From the NCBI GenBank assembly GCA_964035545.1, contig OZ037770.1, positions 1,860,001 to 1,924,000 of the forward strand: a stretch of DNA of 64,000 bases, given 5' to 3'. The position numbers and the translations under genes are program-made. Below are positions 52,908 to 64,000 of the stretch, piece by piece (the stretch's first letter is position 1; each line of letters begins with the position of its first letter). Source of the DNA: Bugula neritina. Taxonomy: Eukaryota; Animalia; Bryozoa. The notes under the pieces are model-generated. The model was not told the origin of the DNA. It ran no database searches and saw only the letters and a program-made list of their open reading frames with translations.

Positions 52908-54355
52908 AAACTTTTTCAAATCACTGCTACTCATTGTGCACATCGACTCAGTTATTTATGCGCATCTTTGTAGTCAGGATTCAAAAGATCATACTGATAC
53001 AATGCAGCTGTTCAAGCTCTGGCAATTTCTATTAAAAAACCTACCTTTGTCATGAAAACTACTTTAAATAATTTTAAGATGCTGCTGACTAGCATAATAA
53101 TATGCTTCTACAAGTTTATTTATTTTGATTATTATTCCTGAAATATTTATTATTTAATTTAGTTACAAGCAATGCCGCTTGAGCAAATCTTTTGCCAAAT
53201 AAACTAATAAAATGCAAACAGATAAAATTTGTCAGCTGAAACTTAGTTGGGTCAGGTTCCAACAATTTTTTAAAAATTCAATCACAGGTGATTCAAAATA
53301 AACAAACTCTTTCACTGTCAGACAAATCAAAAACGCTAGTTTGGCGCAATAAACGCATTAGTCTGACCAAAACAAAATTCTTATCCGTTGTTCCATTAAG
53401 GCCTGCAATTTGTGCAGCTTGTTGATTGTTTGAATACGCTATTATAGCTAAAATACACTACAGCAAGAAATTTAAGAAAAATTCAGCCCAATTCAGGTTC
53501 TCTCACAATTTAATATACCAGCTAAAACAGTGTTTTGTTTAGGAACTTTTAAATAGTATTAGAGAAGCGTGAAAATAAAAAGTGGTAGTGATTTCTGATA
53601 TTTAAATGTTAACTTTTACTGTTTGATTATTTAACTCAGTTATGTGAAAAGAAAAAAGACCTTATACACAACTGTCAGGCCAACTGATACTTTCGCTTCC
53701 AAATAATTGTTACACGTACAGGAAAGATGAAGTCATCTTCACTTATAACATCATAAATTTTGTTCCGCAATATGTAGTTTGATTTTTTTGTATAGTATTG
53801 CTTTGTCATGCGTGGTATGCCTGTACATTGCCTACCTTTGACTGTGTTGATTGAAGTCAACCTATGACCAATAAATAGTTTGAGCTGCCTAATCAGTCAA
53901 AATTCAAGTATGGCTGCCCTTTAACTAGAGTATACAGTATGCTAAACACTGCAGCCTGTCAGCTAGCAATGTACATGTCAGTATTTTTTCACCAGTACCT
54001 AATTACTATAAAGACTGGGACTGAAATATCAGCTTTTAAAAAAATGAACAAAAATGTGTAGTTTCTGATCTATAATTTTGCAAAAATATAAAAACGGTTG
54101 CATTGAAGAGAAAAAGAGATCTGCAACATAGTTTTTGAATTTTTTTATGCTAGCATGATTGGGTGGGATTTTATTTTACTGGAACTGGATTCTTATAAAT
54201 TGATAAGGCAACCTTAGCAAGACAGTTACAAATATAAAAAGCTACCGTTATCCACCCTGTGTATTCAGATAAAATTCCATGTGCATTATAAAGGCAAACA
54301 TAGTTCTGTTTACGCAGCAGCCCATTGAATTATTGCCTGTTTGTTATTGTCTCAC

Positions 54356-54502
54356 CTCTTCTCTTCCCCTTGCATATTGATTAATCATTGCATGTATCTC
54401 TCCCAGGATAACCGCTCTCTTTTGTTTATTAGCTTCTTTCAAGCGCAAACCAACCACCATTCTTGCAACCAAAAATTGAAGCTCACGTAAAGCTTTGGAA
54501 TC
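54356..54502 (-). CDS. Host gene B upstream exon (DSKALRELQFLVARMVVGLRL...)
   Basis: 147 bp, gccag acceptor, gtgaga donor; homolog of 6697-6843. Confidence 0.8.
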
Positions 54503-54738
54503 CTGGCAAAAACAAGAAAATCGAAAAGTTTGTCAGTATATTGATGCAAAGTTAGCTATTCTAGTGAGAAAATACAAAAATCTTTGTATGTTACCAAAAG
54601 TCAAATTATTATTGTGATGTACTAACACTGCAGTCCTTGAAAGACCCATGCATATGCGTATGTTTGGTCTGTAGAGATTTGGTAAACTTAAGGCAAAAAA
54701 CAAATATATGTTGTTAATTGGATTGTATGCAATTTCAA

Positions 54739-55429
54739 CCCTTACGCGATCAATGGACCATATATGTCCCTCAAAGCGACACTATCCACAGATCAATGGA
54801 CCATATATGGTCTTTTAGGTAAACAAACAATAGCGCTTACTTTAAACTTCCAGTTTTCAACCGAACAGCCTAAAAGTTTTTGTAATTTATGCTGATACTG
54901 CAGCTTGATAATTTTGGGATAATTATAGCCAATAAATTTGATTAAATTATTAGCTACCAAGCCAGCTAGTTGCTTTCCAATTTAATCTTCAAATCTCAAA
55001 ATTATATCGGCAAATTTTAACGCTACCTTCAAATGCAAGAAACTGCTGTCAAAATATAGAGGGCCAGTTTATTTCATTCAGATAACATTTAGAAGAACAT
55101 CTAAATAAACAGAAATGTTAAAGTCACTATATTTTGAATCATATTATAAATTAATTTTATCATTTTGAGTTTTCAATTTTAAAATGGCGGTTCTGAGAGG
55201 TCAAATTAAAGTGACTGATTGTAGCTAGAATTGAGGTCTCCCGTCACTTTAAGAAGCTTTTTATGATAGAAAATACTCTTAAAAGTATAATAACCAGTTT
55301 ATTTAAGGCCAAAATCATGTGTAATTATTAATAATAAAATTGAAAGTTATGCAAAATTTGCTAGCAAAATTCGCGATAAACTCAAACGAGGCATAAAATT
55401 ACGTAACTTCAAAGTTGATCGCGAAAGGG
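54739..55429. mobile_element. piggyBac-like non-autonomous element
   Basis: TIR CCCTTACGCGATCAA / TTGATCGCGAAAGGG, flanks TCAA and TTAA, subterminal repeat GATCAATGGACCATATATG twice. Confidence 0.78.
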
Positions 55430-55542
55430 TTAAACAGAGTATATTTCAATTGGGGATCATTTTACTTAAGTTGCTACATATGCTCATTCGTTTGCTCTAG
55501 ACTTAGGCTAGTTTTCACCATTTAGCTGCTGATATGCATATA

Positions 55543-56301
55543 CACAGGATAGTTAAGGGCATTCTCACTAAGAATAATATTATAAATTTCTCTCAAAATG
55601 TAGTTTAGGTTTTTGAATAATATAGCTCTGCGGGTAGCATGCGTGTTGCCTACTTGCAATTGCTTAGCCCAAGATTAAACTACAACCAATAAGCAGCAAC
55701 CTTCATTAGGGCTGCGTTATCTATCAACATTCCATTATGGGTGCTACATAAACAAAGTACAAAGCAAGCTATTCATTATAGCCTGCCAGCTAACAAGCCT
55801 GTAATTATTATGTAAGCGCCAATATCTTCTCATCCCTACGTGCTCATTGAAGCGTGAAGTGCTGCGCGCTGCTAGTTTCTCATGAAAAAATATAGCATTT
55901 TCAGTGTATAAATCACCAATTTGTGGGCAATCTAGAAGAGTTATTGAAAAAAAAAAAAAAATTGCACCGGAGAAATATCTCAGGATTCCAGCAGTGCAAT
56001 TTTTATTCAGATATCATGTTTTGCTGCTGAGATATTTTACTGGTACTGAAAAAACAGCTTTTCAGGCAAAATTTGCCAAAATTGGGCAGTTTTTTGTCTC
56101 TAACTTTGCAAAAAAAATTAAAATTGAAATTTCGAAAAAAACATTCTCTGGGGAAAAAAAGATCTACAACATAGTTCTTAAATTTCGACTCTAGCACAAT
56201 TAGGTGAGATTTTATTTTACTGGTACTGAATTCTTATATGATTACAATGCAAAGCTCAGCAAGGCAGTTGCAGCTAAAAGGTTGCCCTTAACTATCCTGT
56301 G
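55543..56301 (+). mobile_element. Complete 759-bp MITE with TA target-site duplication (Tc1/mariner-like signature)
   Basis: TA-CACAGGATAGTTAAGGGCA ... TGCCCTTAACTATCCTGTG-TA. Confidence 0.95.
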
Positions 56302-56451
56302 TATATGGACCATGATGAAAAAACTATGAATTTTCAAATATATCATATACATTTAACTTATGTGACAATGACTTTTATAGCGCAGGACCCCTCCTAGTTA
56401 TTTTTGCAGTGCATATTAAGAATGACCCCTAAAATATCACACATATAGTAA

Positions 56452-58193
56452 TGTAATAAAAATGTGTATCCCAGAGTTATCTTTTCTTATATTTTATTGT
56501 GTGACTTGTGTGTGTAACATTATTGTGTATTGTGTAATTTTGCTGTTCAATTTTCAGAGTTCTGATTTTCTAGATTCCGATAATCGGGCTTCCAATTATT
56601 GGACTTCCGAAAATTCGAACTCCGGATTTTTGGACAACAAATAATTCCTTTGTTCGTGTTCTCTTTGTTCTGTTAGTATAAAGGTAGGCGAGCTTCCAGT
56701 GTAGAATCAGTATACCACTGGAGCTTGCTTGATACAGACTACAGTTATATTCTGCAATAAAGATTGATTCTACTGAAAACTACTCTACATTTTGTTCTCT
56801 CTTACAAAAAGTTATGTTCAACACTTGACTGCATTCAATTCACAAGTTGGTGGGATTCTGAATAGTTGAGTGTAAGAGAGGAGAACAAGATGGCCACAGG
56901 GGAAGAAGGAGGACCAGCTCCTAAAATGCCAACAAGACCAGCCCTCACTATTGGGGCTCTGGTGACGGCCTTACAAGAAGTCCATGAGGCTGGACAGGTG
57001 CCACCTGGTGACAGGTATCACCTCAAGCCCCCGATTTTTGTAAGAGACAGCGATGTGGAACAGTTCATCCATAAGTTTGAGGATGTGGCCACCATCGCTG
57101 AATGGCCAGCACCGGTGCGCATCCTCCAGCTCCGGGCCTGTTTGATAGCCCGGGCCAGGAGCTTTGCCCACATCATGCGAGCTTTCCGGATCTGGTTCGA
57201 GCTGACGGCTGAGGAAGCCGCAGGCCAAGTGCAGACACTAAGAAGAGATAGTAGGACGCCTTTGGAGAACCACGCTAACGCGGTGGAGCGACTCGTCCAG
57301 ACTGCATTCAGTCAGGCCAAAGGTGGTGAAAAAAGATACCTGGTGTACAATGCGTTATTCCGAACCATCAACAATCCAGGCCTGCAGCGCTACTGGCTGG
57401 CGGTTAAAGTAAGTAGCTTAGAGGAGGCCTTAGAAATAGGCAAAGTTTGTTTTCAGGTAGATGGGCCTCATAGGGCGGATTTCATCGCCCACCAGGTGGC
57501 TGAAGAAGATGAAGAGACTACCACAATTCCTACCCCGCAAGTGGCAGCAACACAGCTCACCATGTTGATAGACATGGTGAAGGGCCTGCAGGCTACGATG
57601 ACCGAGTTGCAACAAGAACAGGCGGATAGGCGAGCTCCCCGATTGCGGGACAATGCTATCCGCCCCTCGCAGCTCACCTGCTGGAGATGTGGTGCATCGG
57701 GGCACATAAAAAGACACTGCCCTATAGGAGGACGCTTTCTTTAAACACCCAAGGCTCACAGTAACTTCCACCAACCGTAGGCCCTGCCCAACCCGAACTG
57801 GGAGAGGGACCAGAGGTTGACTAGGAAGGCCTTTATAGAATCTGCTGAAACTGATTGGCAGGCACCTCAAAGACCTCAGAGACGACAAGGTCTGCCCGGT
57901 CCTCCTGCCTGGCCACTCCGTAACTGGTTTGCGGGTTTCTTGAGGTGGTTGTAGAGGAGGATTCAGCTTACTCGCAAGAGTATCCCAAGCTACTCTCACA
58001 ACCTCAGAAACACCCTCCTTCGTTGTCTCTAACTGTGTGGACCTAAGTTGTGTCTCCCGCAGAGACTACCCGCTCCAGGAGCACCCAGCCGTATGGAAGC
58101 AGCAATTTCTTGCAAGGATAAGTGTTGAGTAAAGTTACCATTTTCCTACTGGACACTGGGTGCACTACAAACCTGCTGAGTAAGCCTCTCTTT
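56452..58193 (+). mobile_element. Gypsy element G5, 5' part (LTR 56452-56844, gag, start of protease), cut by a MITE
   Basis: LTR like G1; gag CWRCGASGHIKRHC; FLLDTGCTTNLL immediately before the MITE. Confidence 0.9.
56890..57744 (+). CDS. gag: G5 gag
   Basis: Open frame homologous to G4 gag, with a CCHC knuckle. Confidence 0.8.
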   Translation: MATGEEGGPAPKMPTRPALTIGALVTALQEVHEAGQVPPGDRYHLKPPIFVRDSDVEQFIHKFEDVATIAEWPAPVRILQLRACLIARARSFAHIMRAFRIWFELTAEEAAGQVQTLRRDSRTPLENHANAVERLVQTAFSQAKGGEKRYLVYNALFRTINNPGLQRYWLAVKVSSLEEALEIGKVCFQVDGPHRADFIAHQVAEEDEETTTIPTPQVAATQLTMLIDMVKGLQATMTELQQEQADRRAPRLRDNAIRPSQLTCWRCGASGHIKRHCPIGGRFL

Positions 58194-58935
58194 CACAGGA
58201 TAGTTAAGGGCATATCATAAATTTCTTTCAAAATGTAGTTTAGGTTCTTGAAAAATATTGCTCTGGGGGTGGCATGCGTGTTGCCTACTTGTAATTGTTT
58301 AGCCTAAGATTAAACTACAACCTATAAGCAGCAACCTTCATTAGGGCTGCTTTATCTATCAACATTCCATTATGGGTGCTACATAAACAAAGTACAAAGC
58401 GAACTATTCATTATAGCCTGCCAGCTAGCAAGCCTATAATTATTATGTACGCGCCAATAACTTCTCATCCCTACGTGCTCATTGAAGCATGAAGTGCTGC
58501 GCGCTGCTAGTTTCCTATGAAAAGATATGGCATTTTCAGTGTATAAATCACCACTTTATGAGCAATCTATCAGAGTTATTGGAATAAGAAAAAAAGTTGC
58601 ACTGGAGAAATATCTCAGGATTCTAGCAGTGCAATTTTTATTCAGATATCATGCTTTGCTGCAGAGATATTTTACTGGTACTGAAAAGTCAGCTTTTCTG
58701 GCAAAATTGGCCAAAATTGGGCAGTTTTTTGTCTATAACTTTGCAAAAAAAATGAAAATTGAAATTTCCAAAAAACTTACACTGGGAAAAAGAAGATCTA
58801 CAACATAGTTTTTAAATTTTGATTCTAGCACAATTAGGTGAGATTTTATTTTACTGGTACTGAATTCTTATATGATTACAATGCAGACCTCAGCAAAGCA
58901 GTTGGAGCTAAAAGGTTGCCCTTAACTATCCTGTG
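58194..58935 (+). mobile_element. Complete MITE copy
   Basis: Both TIRs present; TA on the right flank only. Confidence 0.92.
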
Positions 58936-59261
58936 TACAAGCTATAAAAAGCTGACAGCTATTCTGGTAGCAAAATTCCTTGCATTGTAATAGTGAAAAC
59001 AAAGCTATTTGTGGTTTAGAAAAAGCTGTGGCTAAGTGAGTAGCTAAATGAGTATAAGGGTGAATGGTGATGAATTGTCCTGTGCCACTGTATGTAGTAG
59101 TGTGAAATATAATAAAAAATGATCAAAACGCTACACAGCCAGTATGTAGCTATCACGAAAGCCTCCACAAAAAGCTTCCATTACACAATGGTTTTCTGAA
59201 AACTACCAAATAACTACTGCAACAATAACCTTAGTCAGCCCCATTTTTCTATTACTGCAAC

Positions 59262-59530
59262 TGAAGACATCACTGTACTTCATGAGTAGTTGAGCTAGTA
59301 CTTGGCGTTCACTACTACTCGTACAGTTGCCACACGCTCCACCATACAAGTCAGCCAAGTGCTCCGGGACTGCTCCTCAACTGGCACAATGGGGGTTTCC
59401 CTTAGTGTTGACCACTGTTTCTAGTGCCAGCCCCACATCCGCTTCCTGGACGGAGTGGTACTTCTCCATCAGCACCGAGCCGATAATTGGACAGGTTCCG
59501 TGAATGGGTTGATACACTGCATGAAGAGCT
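59262..59530 (-). pseudogene. Inverted Gypsy pol fragment (PR-RT linker), G1/G5 family
   Basis: Colinear with 700-965. Confidence 0.85.
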
Positions 59531-59731
59531 CTCTCTGACATGGCCTGATCACAGATGCGTTCAGGTAGCATGATAACGGGTAAAAAAGAATACATGATTC
59601 GTCAGCCAATGTACTATGTGCACCTTCGTACGGTTCAAGGCTTGCTCGCTCTCAGGCGGAAAGAGTGTCAACACAGGATAATTAAGGGCAACCTTATAGC
59701 TGCAACTGCCTTGCTGAGGTTTGCATTGTAA

Positions 59732-61719
59732 ACCAATCACCGTCTATTATACCAGCTACTCCACGTCAACCAATAATTTACACACCCCAGCCTCCAGAAC
59801 AAAACATACTGCAACCTCACATTATTCCATCGGCACCTGTAGCATCTACAAACCCTTTCTTACAGTTCATGATGCCTCTACCATCCACAAATCCTTTCGT
59901 ACAGTCCACCGAAATCTCAAGGAATGTTCTCCAGCCTGCTTATCAAAGCTCTATTACTACCTCCAGCCACCAACGGCAACCTGCCTTCACACCTGATGAT
60001 TACGCTGAAAGTATCAACCTAGTTAGGCAACGTCCATTAGAACCACCCATGTTTTTGAGCAATACACAGAAATACCAGAAGTGGAAGATGGCTTTCAATG
60101 AGGGTTTTAACATGTCAAAAGTTCTCCATGAGTCAAACACGTAAGCAAAGACAAAAACCCAAGACATCATTAAAAAACCTGTAATTCCAAAGAGGACATT
60201 TGCTCCACAGTAATCTAAGGTGCACATTCATTCATGTATATTCTGCAAAATGGGCAATCACAAAACTGCTGTTTGTGGGAAGCTAAACCTTCTGCCATTT
60301 TTCGACGCTCATAAGTTCATAAAAGGCAAACGCCTTTGCTATGCCTGTTTAGATGGTAACCACATTGCCAGGGAATGTGGATCCCCGGCTGTCTGCAATA
60401 CCTGCAAAGAAAAGCACCCATCTTCTCTCCATAAAATGCATCAATACCCCAGAAACCTAACGACATTCAATGATTCAAACAAGCAACCCACCATAAAACC
60501 AGATTACCAGTAAAACCCAGAAAGACAAAGCTGTCAACAAAATGCATCAGATAAACGACAAACATCACCCTCACCAAACAAACTCAGTCCCTTTGTCAAA
60601 CCAGTCAATTGTGGCTCTACGAAATAGCCTCCAACAGTAAGTCTGTCATATCACAGTTACCAAGGAGCGAGTGTGCAAACACACTTGCCACACTAGATCT
60701 CACCTTCGATTCATTACCTCAAGAACAATCACTCCGTGTCTTGTGGGATACTGAGCAAGATCAATTCAAGATCATTCCAGCATCGCCCCATTATCAAACC
60801 GGACACTAGGAAACTGCTTAACTACACATTTGCTGACGCCAGTACAGTGAGCTATGATCACGGCACATACCTTCGACTAGTCAACGTGGCAAAGTAAGTG
60901 CATGTTGCACTGCTTTCAGGTAAAGCCCAAGTCGCACCAATGATACAAGTTTCATGACTCAAGCTTCAGGCAGCAGCAAGTGCTGTCAGATTGGTCACAA
61001 AATATATTAAAGAACTTGACATTTCAAACATCAGCACACACTTCTATTTTGACTCCACTGTTGTTCTTGACCATATAAGTAATACTGCTGACCGTTTTCA
61101 CACATATGTTGCAAAAAGAGTAGAAACAATACAGCACCTTTCAGATCCTGACCACTGGAGATACGTTGCAACTGCAGAAAACCCAGCTCACCACAGTTTT
61201 AGAGGTGCCAATGTCAAAGAAATAGGCTGATCTCACTGTCTTAGTGGTCTTCAATTTCCCAGGACTAAACCTAGTATCTTACCCACACAGCCTTGGGTGT
61301 ACATAAGCCCTAAAGATGTGGAGGTAAAACAGTCATCATTGTCATTCATTTCATAAACAGTTCCCATTTCTCTCGATAAACGCTTGGAAAAGTTATCTGA
61401 CTAGAAGAGAGCAGTCAGAGCAATTGCCACAATTCAAAAGCACCTAAGCAAAAATGCCCAGTTCAATTTTCAAAAGGCCAAACAAACTATTCTTCAACTC
61501 ATTCATGCAGCATATTTTTCAAATGAGATCGCCGTGCTCAAGGCATCTCAGACTCCGAAAAAAAAATCTAGTTGTCTGACAATGCTAGATTTATTATTAA
61601 ACTCAAGAGGTCTGTTTTGTATTGGTGGGAAATTTCAAGAATGTATCACCCTGTCACATGATAAGAAGCACCCTATCATCTTACCCAAATCTGCACATGT
61701 GTCAGTTTACTTCATTTAG
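59732..61719 (+). pseudogene. BEL/Pao gag-pol fragments
   Basis: Triple knuckle CIFC..H..C / CYAC..H..C / CNTC..H..LH; RNase H FADAS, DSTVVL, WRYV..ENPA; HPIILPK. Confidence 0.88.
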
Positions 61720-62244
61720 TACACACCAGCAAATTATGACCTAACATTAAAGTTTGCTCCAAATCCATTGAAATTTACTGTACATGGTATTTTTATGTGC
61801 TGGTTTTAATTACGCATAACAGCAAAGGCTGGGAGGGGATTCCCCAACATTAAAGCACAGGTCATTGTCATATGCACTTAATATTCTATATGCACGGACC
61901 GTTACGAAAAAACCGTAACGGTCCGTAACCAAAACTAGCTGAATAATTAGGGAAAAACGTGGGAAATGAAACAAAATTAAAAAGAACTTTGATTATTTAA
62001 GTGTATTTATTGGTGCTTAACTAGTTTTGGCCAAAAAACCATGCTCATTACCAGCTAAATTGTGAAAAATAGCTAAAAACTGAAGATTTCGAGTGTGTAC
62101 TAAATTAAGTAAAATGACCCACATACGACTGCTAATAATTAGCCATCATCACTCACTTCCTGCTCACCAAGGTCTAGGACCTACACTAGATCAGAATAGA
62201 TCTCATGGTTTCTGACTAGTAAATGTCAAGTCTAACGTCTTGAA

Positions 62245-62422
62245 ATAGTAACGCAGCCCTAATGAAGCTTGCTGCTTATTGGTTGTAGTTTAATCTTAGG
62301 CTAAACAATTACAAGTAGACAACACGCATGCAACCCGCAGAGCAATATTATGCAAGAACCTGAACTACATTTTGAGAGAAATGTATGATATTCTTAGTGA
62401 GGATGCCCTTAACTATCCTGTG
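62245..62422 (-). mobile_element. MITE terminal fragment (the opposite end lies at 59672-59731)
   Basis: Ends GCCCTTAACTATCCTGTG then TA. Confidence 0.88.
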
Positions 62423-62424
62423 TA

Positions 62425-64000
62425 GTTCTGATGCTCAGGACAAAGCAGCATTCATCACCCATGAAAAGCTCTGGAATTGGAAAGTACTGCCATTAAGGCT
62501 TACATATGCCCCGGCAACCTTCCAACGACTCATGGATAAGGTCCTCAGTCAATAACACTAAAACACCATATTAATCTATCTGGATGACGTCACTGTTATC
62601 TCCCCAGACTTTGCAATTTATGTCAGTCGTCTGCGGCAGATCTTTGACCGCCTCCAGGCAACTGGACTAAAGTTGAAACCCTCCAAGTGTGCACTCCTGC
62701 TGCCAGAAGTCGCGTACCTAGGCCTTGTAGTTGGCGGTGACAGGGGTTGCTACTAACCCGGAGAAGGTGCAAGCTGTGAAGGAGTAGACTGTTCTTTGCA
62801 ACCTCCCTGAGTTGTGGGCATTTCTGTGCCTGGTAGGCCTAGTCTGGTATCAGCAGTACATACCTTGGTTTGCAGAGGTGGCTCGGCCTTTGAATCGGCT
62901 AACTGGCAAGATGGTCTGGTGGTAGTGAACACATGAGGAGCAGCAGGCATTCGACCACCTCAAGCAACGGCTAATAGAGACGCCAATTCTGGCATATCCT
63001 GATCAAGCCAAAGAGGACATCCTGGAGAAGGACGCCAGCGACCACAGCGTGGGAGTTGTACTGTCTCAAGTCCGGAGTGGAAGTGAGGTAGTTGTAGCCT
63101 ACCACAGCAAGCTTCTCTCGACTGCCGAGAAAAACTACTGCATTACTAGAAAGAAGCGCCTAGCAATAGTCAAGCACTTTCGACCATATCTGTATGGAAG
63201 AGCGTTTAGGTTACGGACAGACAAAACATCACTGATTAGCTGTGTAAATGTGCAGAGTTTTTGAGCCATCTGGCTCATTAGCTGGAGATTCTAGCTGAGT
63301 TCTCCTACCGGAAAGCAGGGGAAGTCTGATTACCCATGTCGTCGGCCAGTGGAGGACTGCAAGCAATGCCTGCAGATTGAGAAGCGAGACAGGGGGCCCG
63401 TTCGCCTTAGAAAACCTGAGAAAACCACTGGCCAACGCTGGCTGTATGCTGATCGACCTTGGCAGGTAGTGGCGGTGGACCTCCTCGGGCCTATGCTGTT
63501 TTCCACCAGAGGGAACATCTGGATACTGGTGCTCACAGACCATTTCACTCGGTGTGCAGACACCCTGGTTATTCCAAATGTGTCGGCCCCACGGTGGCCC
63601 AGGCCCTGGATCAGTATGTATTCTGCTACTTCGAACTATCGGAGCAGATATATATATAAACCAGGGTGCCCACTTCCAGTCCCAGCTCATGAGAGACCTC
63701 AGCCCGACATCGGGGTGAATCAGAGTTGGACCAAGTCCCCAGTACATGATTACGTAGGGAAGCTGGTGGAGATCATGGGCAGGGCCCATGATGCATTGCG
63801 GGAGAAGCAATGGCAGATCCGAACAGAGGACTCTGAAAAGCCACTCTATACCAAGAAGGGGCTGGGTCTAGATGGTAAACTATACTAGGCAACGCGGCCA
63901 GTCAGCTAAGTTTTAGCCCAAGTTTGTGAGTCCCTACTGTGTGGTGGAGGTGATGCGTAACCGCACGTATCATGAGGAACACTCTGGGCAAGTTACAGTC
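62425..64000 (+). pseudogene. pol: Decayed Gypsy pol (RT-RH-IN) fragments
   Basis: [36 protein letters not shown]. Confidence 0.9.

Overview
AT-rich eukaryotic (animal-like) DNA with spliceosomal introns and long (TA)n, (CT)n and (TG)n tracts, dominated by transposable elements. It holds at least five Ty3/Gypsy LTR elements: two have both LTRs intact (15860-21168 and 24736-32342), and the rest are truncated or fragmented. It also holds BEL/Pao and RTE-type LINE fragments, a TA-target MITE family with many copies, hAT-like and piggyBac-like non-autonomous elements, and two short segments each carrying a type I hammerhead ribozyme (one clearly Penelope-like). Two paralogous multi-exon host genes of unknown function lie on the minus strand (about 2.9-6.8 kb and 44.6-54.5 kb), plus a tandemly duplicated exon near 21-23 kb. 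The best candidate for an undescribed system: two divergent Gypsy lineages carry, at the env position, an accessory ORF encoding a C2H2 finger, a C2HC-like finger and a coiled coil. In both, a phase-1 splice donor 13-14 codons into gag matches a phase-1 acceptor in front of this ORF, predicting a spliced subgenomic mRNA. One carrier is a young non-autonomous element that lost RT, RNase H and the integrase core but kept gag-protease and this ORF open. All calls were made by eye; no database searches were run.
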